Shown in pieces: positions 10,536 through 20,874 of a stretch of 64,000 nt of DNA (position 1 is the stretch's first letter; every line of letters starts with the position of its first letter). The position numbers were made by a program, and so were the translations under genes. The notes below the pieces were generated by a model. That model was given only the letters and a program-made list of their open reading frames with translations, was not told the DNA's origin and made no database searches. Source of the DNA: Armatimonadota bacterium (GTDB taxonomy: Bacteria > Armatimonadota > UBA5829 > DTJY01); assembly GCA_029907255.1 (NCBI GenBank), contig JARYMF010000003.1:64061-128060 (forward strand). Reading direction: 5' to 3'.

Positions 10536-10985
10536 ATGGATTCAAAGGACGGTGCCAGGGATTATGTAGGTATTCGCAAAGGACTTGGGGGAAAATCTCT
10601 TGGAGAATTGGAGGCCCAAATACTCGATATAATTTGGGACCTAGAGCCACCTGTTAGCACTACTCAGGTTTTTAAAATTATGTACCCCCGACGCGAGTTG
10701 TCTTACTCAACGATAATGCTTACCATGGCTAAGCTAGCCAGAAAAGGAATACTTAGCCAGGAAAAAACCGGAGATAAAAAAACCGATCCATTCATTTACA
10801 TCCCAAATATTACCCGCGAAGAAATGGGGCTAGTGCTACTTAATGAAGTATCCAAAAAGGTCTTACACAAACCACTGCATGAAGCAATTCCCATGTTGTG
10901 TGGGATGAAAGAAGGCGAGATTTCTGCAAAGGCACTTGAGAAACTTGGAGAGCGCATAAAGAACGTCGAAATAAAAGCTGAGTAG
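10536..10985 (+). CDS. BlaI/MecI/CopY family transcriptional regulator
   Basis: LGELEAQILDIIW...LSYSTIMLTMAKLARKG.L...Y.P winged-helix pattern; AGGAGG RBS. Confidence 0.88.
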   Translation: MDSKDGARDYVGIRKGLGGKSLGELEAQILDIIWDLEPPVSTTQVFKIMYPRRELSYSTIMLTMAKLARKGILSQEKTGDKKTDPFIYIPNITREEMGLVLLNEVSKKVLHKPLHEAIPMLCGMKEGEISAKALEKLGERIKNVEIKAE

Positions 10986-11044
10986 TGGTCTAACATCCCA
11001 CCATTGTTTTGGTGAGGCATATACTTTTAATGTTTTTGGTCAGA

Positions 11045-11072
11045 AATGAGGCAGACGTAAGTCTGCCTCATT
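11045..11072 (+). terminator. Hairpin terminator after BlaI-family gene
   Basis: AATGAGGCAGAC-GTAA-GTCTGCCTCATT, a perfect 12-bp stem followed by AT-rich sequence. Confidence 0.75.
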
Positions 11073-11154
11073 AATTTAAAAGGTGCAAGGTTAGCTTTTT
11101 CTTTCTAAATGTTATTAAAGCTTCTGAACAGCTAGCGGCCATAGCGACTAGTGT

Positions 11155-11183
11155 TTGCAAAAACACAATTTTGGTGATATTCT
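11155..11183 (+). promoter_or_regulatory. Putative sigma70 promoter
   Basis: TTGCAA-17 nt-TATTCT with an extended TG. Confidence 0.5.
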
Positions 11184-11242
11184 CTAAGTCAAATCATATA
11201 AATAATCCATGGTGCTGGCAAAGCAATGGGGTGGAGCTTTGA

Positions 11243-11524
11243 ATGGACAGAAAAGGCAAAGTAATTGGAATGTTAGTTTTTATCTTGGGTATTGCACTCA
11301 CATTACTGGTATTTGGCATGGCTTTTGCGATGTTCACCTCAAAGACAGCTAGTATTGTCCTGCCAAGCGATGCTGGCGCAGTTAAACTTGGCAGCGCAGT
11401 TATTCAATTAATTTTCAAAATCGTATTACTTTTTATAATGACGATTGCGGGTTCAGTTATCGCTGGGAAAGGTATCCAGCTGTACCTTGGTGTATCTGGC
11501 GTCAAGCAAAAGAGTGAGGAATGA
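11243..11524 (+). CDS. Small two-TM membrane protein, hypothetical
   Basis: Two hydrophobic segments; ATGA overlap with the next gene. Confidence 0.75.
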   Translation: MDRKGKVIGMLVFILGIALTLLVFGMAFAMFTSKTASIVLPSDAGAVKLGSAVIQLIFKIVLLFIMTIAGSVIAGKGIQLYLGVSGVKQKSEE

Positions 11525-12174
11525 TGATGGACATAGGCTCAATGCTTGGAAAACTTGTCTTGGCGACAATTCTTGGAGGAATAGTCGGTTGGGAACGCGA
11601 AGTGCACGACCGACCTGCCGGTTTGCGTACCCACATGCTTGTGTGTTTGGGTTCGACACTCATAACTCTTGTTTCGATGTCTTTTGGTACAACCTCTGAC
11701 CCGAGCAGAATTGCCGCACAAATAGTAAGCGGAATTGGCTTTTTAGGAGCTGGCACAATTTTGCGACAAGGAAACGTAGTTCGTGGTCTAACAACAGCCG
11801 CAAGTTTATGGACTACTGCTGGCATTGGGTTGGCGGTTGCCGTAGGCAAGGGGTTGCTAATACTTGCTGTTTTAACAACTTTAATAGTTTTTCTGACTCT
11901 ATCGGTTTTGAGCAGGCTGGAATCAAGCATCGGGAAGAAAAATATACGTCAGCTTAGACTTGAGATACCGGCTCAGGAAACAAGTGTTCTCACAGAGACG
12001 CTCGAGAAGCTTGTGAGCATGGGTGTTGTTATTCGTTCGATATCTTCTCGAGAAGGTGCGGCCGGCATGAGGATAATTGATATGAGGGTTTGTGTGCCTC
12101 GAGATATAAAAGTGGAATCAATAAGCGAGATGCTATCAAGTTTGCCAAAGTTAACTAGATTCGAATGGACATAA
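11521..12174 (+). CDS. MgtC/SapB family membrane protein with C-terminal ACT-like domain
   Basis: GWERE..RPAGLRTH.LV, RIAAQIVSGIGFLGAG, GLTTAA.LW. Confidence 0.95.
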   Translation: MMMDIGSMLGKLVLATILGGIVGWEREVHDRPAGLRTHMLVCLGSTLITLVSMSFGTTSDPSRIAAQIVSGIGFLGAGTILRQGNVVRGLTTAASLWTTAGIGLAVAVGKGLLILAVLTTLIVFLTLSVLSRLESSIGKKNIRQLRLEIPAQETSVLTETLEKLVSMGVVIRSISSREGAAGMRIIDMRVCVPRDIKVESISEMLSSLPKLTRFEWT

Positions 12175-12197
12175 TGCAGAAGGTTCATTAAAAAGGC

Positions 12198-12226
12198 TTG
12201 CAACAACCATAGATATGTGATATACT
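12198..12226 (+). promoter_or_regulatory. Sigma70 promoter of nusA-infB operon
   Basis: TTGCAA-17 nt-TATACT with an extended TG. Confidence 0.7.
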
Positions 12227-12255
12227 TTAATTGCGTAATGCCGAGGTGCTTAGTG

Positions 12256-12283
12256 AAAGAGTGGGTAGCACGCCCACTCTTTT
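12256..12283 (+). promoter_or_regulatory. nusA-operon leader hairpin/attenuator (rimP-leader-like)
   Basis: AAAGAGTGGG-TAGCACG-CCCACTCTTT(T): the GAGTGGG...CCCACTC stem plus U tail familiar from rimP-nusA leaders. Confidence 0.7.
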
Positions 12284-12322
12284 ATGTTGATGCATAAACC
12301 GGCGAATGAGAAAAGGTGCATT

Positions 12323-13645
12323 ATGAACGGTGATTTCATAGACGCGCTACGTGCAATTGAAAAAGAAAAAGAGATACCTTTCGAGGTACTCGTTGAGACA
12401 ATAGAATCGGCGCTCGTTACTGCTTACAAGAAGAATTTTGCCGCAACGGGCGATATTCGCGTGCGTGTGGAATTCAGCAAGGGCGGATTCAAAGTCTTTT
12501 GCGAGAAAACCGTTGTGGACAAAGTTAACAACCCTCACGCAGAGATATCACTTGCAGAGGCGCATACTTTAAATTCAAGCCTTAAGCTTGGAGATGTAAT
12601 TGAAGTAGAGGTAACGCCTAAAGATTTCGGACGAATCGCTGCGCAGACTGCAAAGCAAGTAGTTGTTCAGCGCATAAGGGAAGCGGAACGCGATAAAATT
12701 TTTGAAGAGTTTAGCGAGCGCATTGGCGAAGTTATGACCGGTACAGTTCAGCGCCATGAACAAAAAAACGTTTTCATTTCGCTGGGCAAAGTTGAAGCTC
12801 TCCTGCCGCCAAATGAACAAGTGCCAACCGAGCCATATAAATTCAACGACAGGATAAAGGTCTACATACTCGACGTTAGGAGGACTCCAAAAGGCCCACA
12901 GGTGATCGTATCTCGCACACATCCGAGCCTTATTCGGCGTCTTTTTGAGCTTGAAGTACCGGAAATTCATGATGGCGTGGTAACCATAAAATCGGTTGCC
13001 CGCGAACCGGGTGCAAGGTCAAAAATTGCTGTTGCTTCTAATGACGAGAAAGTTGACCCTGTTGGAGCATGTGTTGGCCACCGGGGCAGCCGTGTTCAGG
13101 CAATCGTTAACGAGCTGTACGACGAGAAGATTGATATTGTTAGATGGGATGAAAATCCTTCGAAGTTTATTGCAGAAGCGCTCAGCCCAGCAAAGGTTAT
13201 ATCTGTTGATGCAGATGAAGAAACAATGAGTGCATTTGTAATCGTTCCTGATAATCAACTATCGTTAGCGATTGGCAAGGCAGGCCAAAATGTTCGTTTA
13301 GCTGCACGTCTCACAGGATGGCGCATAGATATAAAAAGCGAATCCCAAGTGGCAAGAGCTGCTTTGACCGTTAAACTTCCTGAGGAAGGAAAACCTGGCG
13401 TCGAAGAAAGCTCAACCGAAGCCGGTGGAGTCGAAGAATACGTGTCTCCTGAGGAGGTAGAAGAAAAACTAATAACTGAAGAAGGCGAAGCTGCTGTTGA
13501 GGAAGAAGTTCAATTGGAGGAGGAAGAGCCTTCAGAAAAGGCAGTAGAAGCTGTTGCTGAAGCAATAGTTTATCAAGGTGAATCTGAGGTAGAGGACACT
13601 CCGCAAGAGCAAGAGCCAGAAGATAACGAAATGGCGTCTACCTAA
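12323..13645 (+). CDS. nusA: Transcription termination/antitermination factor NusA
   Basis: FGRIAAQTAKQV, S1 and KH domains (AREPG.RSKIAV, GACVG..G.RV, LSLAIGK.GQNVRLAARLTGW.IDI); start moved to ATG 12323; acidic tail. Confidence 0.97.
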   Translation: MNGDFIDALRAIEKEKEIPFEVLVETIESALVTAYKKNFAATGDIRVRVEFSKGGFKVFCEKTVVDKVNNPHAEISLAEAHTLNSSLKLGDVIEVEVTPKDFGRIAAQTAKQVVVQRIREAERDKIFEEFSERIGEVMTGTVQRHEQKNVFISLGKVEALLPPNEQVPTEPYKFNDRIKVYILDVRRTPKGPQVIVSRTHPSLIRRLFELEVPEIHDGVVTIKSVAREPGARSKIAVASNDEKVDPVGACVGHRGSRVQAIVNELYDEKIDIVRWDENPSKFIAEALSPAKVISVDADEETMSAFVIVPDNQLSLAIGKAGQNVRLAARLTGWRIDIKSESQVARAALTVKLPEEGKPGVEESSTEAGGVEEYVSPEEVEEKLITEEGEAAVEEEVQLEEEEPSEKAVEAVAEAIVYQGESEVEDTPQEQEPEDNEMAST

Positions 13646-13647
13646 AA

Positions 13648-13926
13648 ATGAGACAACGCAAGATACCTATAAGGACCTGCGTGGCATGTAGAACAAGCGG
13701 TGAGAAGAAATCACTCATTAGGATAGTTAGAACTTCCGAAGGGCGAGTTGTCATAGATGCCACTGGTAAGTTGCCAGGAAGAGGAGCTTATGTCTGTCCG
13801 TCTGTCAATTGCTTGAATAAAGCAATAAAGGAAAAGCGTTTATCTCGGGCGTTGCGCATCGAAGTCCCTGAGGAAGTTATACAGGAAGCAAAACAAATCG
13901 TGAGTCAAGGGTCGGAAGAGATGTAG
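13648..13926 (+). CDS. ylxR: YlxR (DUF448) family RNA-binding protein
   Basis: P.RTCVAC, LIRIV, GRGAYVC; canonical position after nusA. Confidence 0.93.
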   Translation: MRQRKIPIRTCVACRTSGEKKSLIRIVRTSEGRVVIDATGKLPGRGAYVCPSVNCLNKAIKEKRLSRALRIEVPEEVIQEAKQIVSQGSEEM

Positions 13927-14000
13927 AAGAAATCGCTGAGATTCTGCAAAAGCGCCAGCTGCCTGACCCTGTCCTGGTTAATGGAAGAGGTGACAGATAA

Positions 14001-16109
14001 GTGTCTAGTGTACGCATTTATGAATTGGCAAAGGAGCTGGGCATCAGTAATCGAGAACTGATAGCCGCATTGGCGGATCTCGGCATAGAAGTCAAAAGCC
14101 ATTCAAGTACAATTGATGAGCAAAGTGCAGACCTAGTAACTGAAAGAATAAAAAAAGAGCAGAAAGCTCAGAAAACACAAGAGAAAACCGCGGCAAAAGA
14201 GCATATTGAGACACGGAAAACCGAAGACATAAAGAAAACAGAGCCTGCCACAAAGAAACATGAAGAAAAGAAACCCGTGCCTCCAAAAGGCAAAGTAGAA
14301 CTTCCTCAGCAAGCAACTGTCAGGCAGCTTGCTGAATTGCTAAAAGTACAGACTGCAGATATTCAAAAGGCATTGGTAAAGCAGGGGGCACTTGTTGCAG
14401 TTAATCAAGTTGTTCCTCCTGAATTGGCAAAAAAAGTAGTGGAAAACCTTGGCTTCGAAGTAGTACTTCCACCTCCACCGCCGCCAAAACAAGAAGTTCC
14501 ATCGCCAAGTAAGCCAAGCGAAGCAAAGCCTGTAACAGCACCGCCAAAGCTGGTTACTCCTCCCACAAAAACCGAGCCTGAAAAGCCTTCAAAGCCTTTG
14601 AATCTTGTTCCTCGGCCCCCGATAGTAACAATTCTAGGCCACGTTGACCATGGTAAAACCACTCTGCTCGATGCAATTCGGCAGACGAATGTAACTGACC
14701 AAGAGTTTGGGGGAATTACTCAACACATAGGCGCATATCAGGTTGAAGTAGATGGTAAGAAAATCACCTTTCTAGATACACCTGGCCATGAAGCTTTCAC
14801 TGCCATGCGAGCAAGAGGTGCTCAGGTAACCGACCTTGCGGTTCTTGTTGTGGCGGCCGACGATGGGGTAATGCCTCAAACAATTGAAGCAATTGACCAT
14901 GCTCGTGCGGCCGGCGTGCCAATACTGGTTGCTATAAATAAAATTGACAAACCGGAAGCAAATATTGACAGAACCAGGCAACAATTGGCAGAGCATGGTT
15001 TGGTGGTTGAGGAATGGGGCGGCGACACAGTAGCAGTCCAAATATCTGCCAAAGAAAAACAAGGGTTGGATGAACTTCTTGAGATGATTATCCTTGTAAG
15101 CGAACTGCAGGAGCTCAAGGCTGACCCAAACGGCCCATTAGATGCCACCGTTATCGAAGCAAAACTTGACCGTGGCAGAGGTCCTGTTGCTACCGTGCTT
15201 GTTAAAAGCGGTACCCTTAAAGTTGGAGATTCGATTGTTGTTGGAGAATCGTATGGCAAAATAAAGCTTATGTTAGATGACCGCGGCCATCGAATCTCAA
15301 AAGCAGGTCCATCTACCCCTGTTGAAATAGCGGGCTTATCTTCAGTTCCAGAGGCTGGAGACAAAGTTGAAGTAGTTAAAGATGAAAAAGAAGCAAGGCA
15401 AATTGCTGAAAGCCGAATAGAGGAGCAACGAGAAGCAAAGCTGGCGGCAACTCAGCGTGTTACGCTTGCTGACTTATATCGCCAACTACGCGAAGGCGTG
15501 GTTAAAGAGTTAAATGTAATTCTTAAAGGTGACGTACAAGGTTCGGTTGAAGCAATTTCACAATCGCTAAACAAACTTTCTACTGAGGATGTGCGATTGA
15601 ATATTATACACACTGGCGTAGGCAACGTTACCGAATCTGACGTCCTGCTTGCGTCAGCCTCCAATGCAGTTATAATCGGTTTTAATGTAAAGATTGACCC
15701 ACAAGCAAAGCGCATGGCCGAATCTGAAGGAATCGATGTTCGACTTTACCGCGTAATATACGAGCTACTAGATGATGTAAAAAGTGCCATGCAAGGGCTC
15801 CTCGAACCTATTAAAAAGGAGATAATCATAGGTCATGCTGAGGTGCGTGCCACATTTAAGCTTCCACGTGGCGTTGTTGCCGGATGCTATGTAACAGATG
15901 GCAAAATGGAACGAGGCGCCGAAGCACGTATTCTTCGCAATGGAAAAACGTTGCATACAGGCAGAATTGCATCTTTGAGGCATCTTAAAGAAGACGTGCG
16001 TGAGATGGCTGCCGGTTTTGAATGCGGAATAATAGTTGACGGATTCAGCGAATACGAAATTGGTGACGTTGTAGAGGCTTATACCATACAAGAGGTTACT
16101 CCTGGTTAG
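14001..16109 (+). CDS. infB: Translation initiation factor IF-2
   Basis: [10 protein letters not shown]-domain, [34 protein letters not shown]. Confidence 0.98.
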   Translation: MSSVRIYELAKELGISNRELIAALADLGIEVKSHSSTIDEQSADLVTERIKKEQKAQKTQEKTAAKEHIETRKTEDIKKTEPATKKHEEKKPVPPKGKVELPQQATVRQLAELLKVQTADIQKALVKQGALVAVNQVVPPELAKKVVENLGFEVVLPPPPPPKQEVPSPSKPSEAKPVTAPPKLVTPPTKTEPEKPSKPLNLVPRPPIVTILGHVDHGKTTLLDAIRQTNVTDQEFGGITQHIGAYQVEVDGKKITFLDTPGHEAFTAMRARGAQVTDLAVLVVAADDGVMPQTIEAIDHARAAGVPILVAINKIDKPEANIDRTRQQLAEHGLVVEEWGGDTVAVQISAKEKQGLDELLEMIILVSELQELKADPNGPLDATVIEAKLDRGRGPVATVLVKSGTLKVGDSIVVGESYGKIKLMLDDRGHRISKAGPSTPVEIAGLSSVPEAGDKVEVVKDEKEARQIAESRIEEQREAKLAATQRVTLADLYRQLREGVVKELNVILKGDVQGSVEAISQSLNKLSTEDVRLNIIHTGVGNVTESDVLLASASNAVIIGFNVKIDPQAKRMAESEGIDVRLYRVIYELLDDVKSAMQGLLEPIKKEIIIGHAEVRATFKLPRGVVAGCYVTDGKMERGAEARILRNGKTLHTGRIASLRHLKEDVREMAAGFECGIIVDGFSEYEIGDVVEAYTIQEVTPG

Positions 16110-16154
16110 CAATATAACCATAAGGCAATTCTTTTTAAATCGAAGTGATAGACT

Positions 16155-16436
16155 ATGATAGTTGGAATACTTACAATAGACCTTTTGGTAGTAGGAAGCA
16201 ATTCGTTGAAAGAAAAACGTCACGTAGTAAGAAGCCTGCTTGACAATATTAGAAACAAATTCAACGTGTCAGCGGCGGAACTTGATAGTCTCGACTCCAG
16301 ACGACGTGCAGTCATAGGCGTTGCATGCATTAGCAACGATAGGGCTATTGCTAACACCATGTTAAATAAGGCGCTGGGCTTAGTTGAAAGCGATCCCAGA
16401 GCAGCAATCGAAAGATCACATCTCGAGTTCCTATAA
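16155..16436 (+). CDS. DUF503 (YlxP) family protein
   Basis: SLKEKR.V...L...FNVSAAE; position between infB and rbfA. Confidence 0.9.
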   Translation: MIVGILTIDLLVVGSNSLKEKRHVVRSLLDNIRNKFNVSAAELDSLDSRRRAVIGVACISNDRAIANTMLNKALGLVESDPRAAIERSHLEFL

Positions 16437-16449
16437 GGGGTTAAAACCA

Positions 16450-16815
16450 ATGCCCGATAGGCTTGAGCGTGTAAAGGAGCTCCTTAAGAGCGAAATAAGC
16501 GAGATAATCAGGCGGGAAATAAAAGATCCTCGGCTTGGTTTTGTAACAATTACCGATGCAGAGGTCTCAAAAGATCTTCGGCATGCCAAAATATTTATTA
16601 GCGTTTTAGGCGATGAACAGAAAAAACAAGAGACGCTAAACGTTCTTCAATCAGCCGCTGGTTTTATTCGGGGCGAGTTTGGCAGACACGCCAGGATGAA
16701 AATAATACCCGAAATTACATTCAAGCTGGATACAACAGTTGAGCGTGGCGCGCGCATATTTGAACTGCTGGAACAGGTGAAACGGGATGAAGAGCAACCT
16801 CCAAGCGGTAACTGA
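16450..16815 (+). CDS. rbfA: Ribosome-binding factor A
   Basis: R.ERV.E....IKDPRLGFVTIT..EVSKDL..AKIFIS, P.I.F..D; start at ATG 16450. Confidence 0.96.
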   Translation: MPDRLERVKELLKSEISEIIRREIKDPRLGFVTITDAEVSKDLRHAKIFISVLGDEQKKQETLNVLQSAAGFIRGEFGRHARMKIIPEITFKLDTTVERGARIFELLEQVKRDEEQPPSGN

Positions 16816-17755
16816 GATTCTTAAAAGTAAGAAGAGTTTCCTGATAGGCGGTCATGTCAGCCCCGATGGAGATTCATTGGGATGTATGTGCGCTCTGGGA
16901 ATAGCCCTTGAACGGATGGAAAAAAAAGTCGTACTTCTTAGCGCAGACGGTGTCCCAGAACTCTATAGTTTCCTTCCGATAAGCAACAAAGTCATTAAAA
17001 CGGCGCCGGTACGTTCATGTTTTGAAGTTGGAATAGTAATTGATTGCGAGGACATAAGCAGGCTTGGACAAGTTGAGGAAGCTTTTCGCTCATGTGAAAC
17101 TATTATAGAAATAGACCACCATCCAAACCTAGACCGAAATGGAAATCTTCAATTAATCTGGCCTTCAGCAGCCGCCGCAGGAGAAATCGTTTTTGAACTT
17201 CTTAAAAATATGGAAGTTCGGATTGACGCAGATATTGCAACCTGCCTTTTGACGGCAATCATGACTGATACCGGATCATTTAGGTTCAGTAATGTAACAC
17301 CGCAAACCTTTCGAATTAGTGCGGAGCTTTTAGAAAAGGGTGCTTCGCCAAGCAAAATTGCCCATAATGTATATGAAAACCGGTCGCTATCGAGCACAAA
17401 ACTTCTTGGAGCGGTGTTATCTTCACTGCAGACTACAGATTCAGGCCGTATCGCTTGGGCTTCAATCACACAAGAACAGCTTGCCACAATCCAAGCCTCA
17501 GAGGCGGAGACGGAGGGCGTTGTCAACTACATACGTTCAATACGCGGTGCTCAGGTTGGCGTCCTATTTCGTGAGTGCCCAGATGGCTCAACACGCGTAA
17601 GCTTGCGATCTCGTGACGGTTCCGACATAAGTCAGGTTGCCAGACTGTTCGGCGGTGGCGGACATAGAACCGCCGCTGGTTGTACTATCAACCATCCACT
17701 TGCTCATACACAGGAATTGGTGATAGACGCGGTTCGTAAATGGATGGGGTCTTAA
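16787..17755 (+). CDS. nrnA: DHH/DHHA1 phosphoesterase (NrnA-like nanoRNase/pAp phosphatase)
   Basis: H..PDGD..G, IDHH, TDTG.F, SLRS, GGGGH..AAG. Confidence 0.9.
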   Translation: MKSNLQAVTEILKSKKSFLIGGHVSPDGDSLGCMCALGIALERMEKKVVLLSADGVPELYSFLPISNKVIKTAPVRSCFEVGIVIDCEDISRLGQVEEAFRSCETIIEIDHHPNLDRNGNLQLIWPSAAAAGEIVFELLKNMEVRIDADIATCLLTAIMTDTGSFRFSNVTPQTFRISAELLEKGASPSKIAHNVYENRSLSSTKLLGAVLSSLQTTDSGRIAWASITQEQLATIQASEAETEGVVNYIRSIRGAQVGVLFRECPDGSTRVSLRSRDGSDISQVARLFGGGGHRTAAGCTINHPLAHTQELVIDAVRKWMGS

Positions 17756-18654
17756 ATATAAACAAGCCTCAGGGTCCAACTTCACACGACGTTGTTGCAC
17801 TAGTGAGGAGCATTTCAGGAGAAAAGCGAGTTGGTCATGCAGGCACGCTCGACCCAATGGCGTCGGGCGTGCTTCTTGTTTGTTTGGGAAACGCAGTAAG
17901 AATAATCGAGTACCTGGTAAATTTAAAAAAGGTCTATCGTGCCACTGCGGTCTTCGGGGCAGTTACAGACACGGAAGATGCCACGGGAAAGATAATAGAG
18001 GAATCGGATGCTTCATACGTAACTGAGGCAATGCTCCGCAGCACTCTTGAAAAGTTCACCGGAAAAATATTGCAAACTCCTCCAATGATTTCAGCAGTTC
18101 GATATAAAGGTCGAAAACTTTATGAGCTTGCGCGTGCCGGCAAGATTTTAGAAAGAAACCCGAGAATTGTTGAAATCTATTCATTGAAGTTAGTAGAGTT
18201 TCAACCAGGCAGAAAAGCTGAAGCAGTACTTGAAATAGAATGTTCAAAAGGAACCTATATACGGACACTTTGTGCGGATATCGGTCGTGAGCTTAGCTGT
18301 GGTGGGTACATGAAGTCTTTAATCCGCACCGCAATCGGGCATTTTAAAATTCAAGATAGTATTTCTCCTTCGGTTGTAGAAGAACTTGCAAGCGAAAGCA
18401 GACTTGGGGAAGTACTGTTTTCAATTGACGAAGCTTTGGCTGACATGCCTTCAGTAATAGTAAATGCTGAGGACGTTAACAGAATAGCTAATGGCGCGGT
18501 TGTATATTTAGAAAGACCAGTCGCAAATATATGCGAAGGCAATAATGTGAAAATAAAATCACCAGAAGGTTGCGTTATTGCAATTGGAACTGCGTCATGG
18601 TTGTCAGATGGAAAAATGCAAATAAAGCCCCTAAAAGTGTTTATTAAAAAGTAA
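17740..18654 (+). CDS. truB: tRNA pseudouridine(55) synthase
   Basis: KP.GPTSHDVV, GHAGTLDP.ASG, PP..SA....G.KLYELAR, CSKGTYIR. Confidence 0.97.
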   Translation: MDGVLNINKPQGPTSHDVVALVRSISGEKRVGHAGTLDPMASGVLLVCLGNAVRIIEYLVNLKKVYRATAVFGAVTDTEDATGKIIEESDASYVTEAMLRSTLEKFTGKILQTPPMISAVRYKGRKLYELARAGKILERNPRIVEIYSLKLVEFQPGRKAEAVLEIECSKGTYIRTLCADIGRELSCGGYMKSLIRTAIGHFKIQDSISPSVVEELASESRLGEVLFSIDEALADMPSVIVNAEDVNRIANGAVVYLERPVANICEGNNVKIKSPEGCVIAIGTASWLSDGKMQIKPLKVFIKK

Positions 18655-18738
18655 GCTGGCGTTAAGTTGTTGGACGGAAAGTCGCCGTTGTTGCGCCAGC
18701 TGAAGTTTGATGAGCATCTTTTATTTCTTCTTTTAGTT

Positions 18739-19800
18739 TTACCACATATGCATGTCGAATGGGTCGCAATTAAGAGTCGGCGGAGTTTGTGTTGGATCGA
18801 GCGACCCCACTACGGTGAAGAAGCAATTTGGTATGGCGGCATGACCGGGTGAATATATTTTAACAGGCATGCCTGATCCGTCGTCGATAAAGAATTGATT
18901 ATTATCAAAACCATCTTCTTGCACAACGCCCCACACCATAAATCTGTATCTTTGGCTTCCCTGATATGCGGCGGAGTTATAGATTCCGCGATTAGTAATA
19001 CCGCAAACTGGCGGTGGAGGTCCTAATCGTTCAAAATCAAAGACTGTCTCGACGCCTTTGACGCCAATTACAAGCTTGTCGACATAAGCATCTATGCCAC
19101 AAGATTCCCACCACCATGCACCGTATCTGCTGTCAATAGCTTTTCCTGCACCAATTTTAACGCTTAAACCTGTACCAGTGAGATTGCCAGTTGGGTAATC
19201 ACCTACGGGGGGTACAACTATTCTCATAGGACTGGTTTCATTTCCATACCTGTTTATAAGCCAATCCCAGTTACCAAAATAGTTTGGGCTTGACGTATAT
19301 ATAAGCTCCCAATAACCTGTTGGCGACATTAGGTCCCATTCTTGCCATGTATTAAATTGAACATTTTGGTCGCCATTTCTCCCCCATGGGTAGAAGACAA
19401 AGCGTCTTTGCTGGGTAGTCGTACCACTGTCTGTTATAAGCTCTACCATTGGTGGCTGACCTCTGTTGTAGAGTCTTGATGAGACAAATGTCCATATCTT
19501 AAAGCTTGTTATTTCCTTAAGACTTACTCCCATAAAATCATTGGTTCCAATATAAACTTTGGAAAGGGGGTCGGAATCGCTGTAGAACGTTTGCATATGA
19601 AGAGACGAACTACCTGAAGGTGCTACTCCTGGCCCATCTACGAAATTGCATATTGGCGAAGTGTTTGCAGTTCCTTTTTGAATAGCAATTTTCCAACCGT
19701 TCATTGAATTGGGAGAAACCACGATTGTTTTTGCCTGGGCGGTAATGCTAATAGCTAAAATAGCAATTAATGTGATTGCAGCAAATCGAACAGAGCGCAT
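18739..19800 (-). CDS. Secreted hypothetical protein with short C-terminal beta/OB-like domain
   Basis: Signal peptide MRSVRFAAITLIAILAISITAQA from ATG 19800; Trp/Gly-rich body; C-terminal VWG.V....FFIDDGSG.PVKI. Confidence 0.75.
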   Translation of the reverse strand: MRSVRFAAITLIAILAISITAQAKTIVVSPNSMNGWKIAIQKGTANTSPICNFVDGPGVAPSGSSSLHMQTFYSDSDPLSKVYIGTNDFMGVSLKEITSFKIWTFVSSRLYNRGQPPMVELITDSGTTTQQRRFVFYPWGRNGDQNVQFNTWQEWDLMSPTGYWELIYTSSPNYFGNWDWLINRYGNETSPMRIVVPPVGDYPTGNLTGTGLSVKIGAGKAIDSRYGAWWWESCGIDAYVDKLVIGVKGVETVFDFERLGPPPPVCGITNRGIYNSAAYQGSQRYRFMVWGVVQEDGFDNNQFFIDDGSGMPVKIYSPGHAAIPNCFFTVVGSLDPTQTPPTLNCDPFDMHMW

Positions 19801-20007
19801 TTCATACCCCCTAAAATGCAAATGGTGGAGGTGTTCTAAGTGTTGTTTACTGCTAAATACCCATTTTGTCAACCGGTCACACAATAAACAGGTACTTTTA
19901 CTAGATGCGCCATTATCAAAATTGCATTTTCCTCTTGCTTTTCATTAGTGAATAAGTTATCCTATCGTTAATATCTGAACTCAAATTAATCGGACTGGAG
20001 TGAAGCG

Positions 20008-20874
20008 ATGTCTCCTGACGGTTGGTTCCGCAGAAGATTAAAAACAGCAGGGAAAGCCGCTAGGAAACACCTAGATGAGCTTCCAGATGGTCTTTGGATC
20101 AAGTGCCCAAAGTGTGGTGAAATTCTTTTCAGCAAAGAGCTCGAGAAGAATCTCGAGGTTTGCAACAAATGTGGCTATCATTTCAAGTTAAGGGCAGCGA
20201 AGCGATTAGCAATTACCGTTGACGAAGGCTCGTTCGTTGAAATAGACAACGAACTTGTTACATTAAACCCGCTCAACTTCCCCGAATACGATAAGAAAAT
20301 CGAAAAAGGGAAAGCAGAGACAGGCATGAATGATTCAATGATTACAGGTTATGCAAGTATTGGCGGGCAGCCTGTGGTAATAGGAATAGCAGACTTTGCA
20401 TTTATTGGCGGAAGTATGGGTTCTGTTTACGGTGAGCGTGTTGCGCGTGCGTTTGAAAGAGCAACAACTGAGAATCTTCCTGTTATCATGATCAATGCTT
20501 CGGGCGGTGCCCGAATGTATGAAGGTTTAATCTCTCTAATGCAGATGCCAAAGACGGCCGCAGCAGTCGGCAGATTTAATAAGGCTGGCGGCTTGTATAT
20601 ATCTGTGCTGACAGATCCTACAACTGCAGGTGTTTTAGCGAGCTTTGCCATGCTTGCTGATATCATCATAGCAGAGCCTGACGCCCTAATCGGATTCACC
20701 GGACAGAGGGTAGCAGCTCAGGCACAAGTAATTAAAACGCCGCCAGGATTTCAAAGGGCTGAATTTCAGCTAGAACATGGGATGGTGGATATGGTTGTCC
20801 ACCGCCGTGAATTAAGGGATACCCTTAAAAAGTTGCTAACAATTGGAGTAAAGAGGGAAAGCTATGGCATTTAA
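20008..20874 (+). CDS. accD: Acetyl-CoA carboxylase carboxyltransferase beta subunit
   Basis: W.KCP.C...C..C zinc ribbon, GGSMG, SGGARM.EG..SLMQM, DPTT.GV.ASFA. Confidence 0.97.
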   Translation: MSPDGWFRRRLKTAGKAARKHLDELPDGLWIKCPKCGEILFSKELEKNLEVCNKCGYHFKLRAAKRLAITVDEGSFVEIDNELVTLNPLNFPEYDKKIEKGKAETGMNDSMITGYASIGGQPVVIGIADFAFIGGSMGSVYGERVARAFERATTENLPVIMINASGGARMYEGLISLMQMPKTAAAVGRFNKAGGLYISVLTDPTTAGVLASFAMLADIIIAEPDALIGFTGQRVAAQAQVIKTPPGFQRAEFQLEHGMVDMVVHRRELRDTLKKLLTIGVKRESYGI

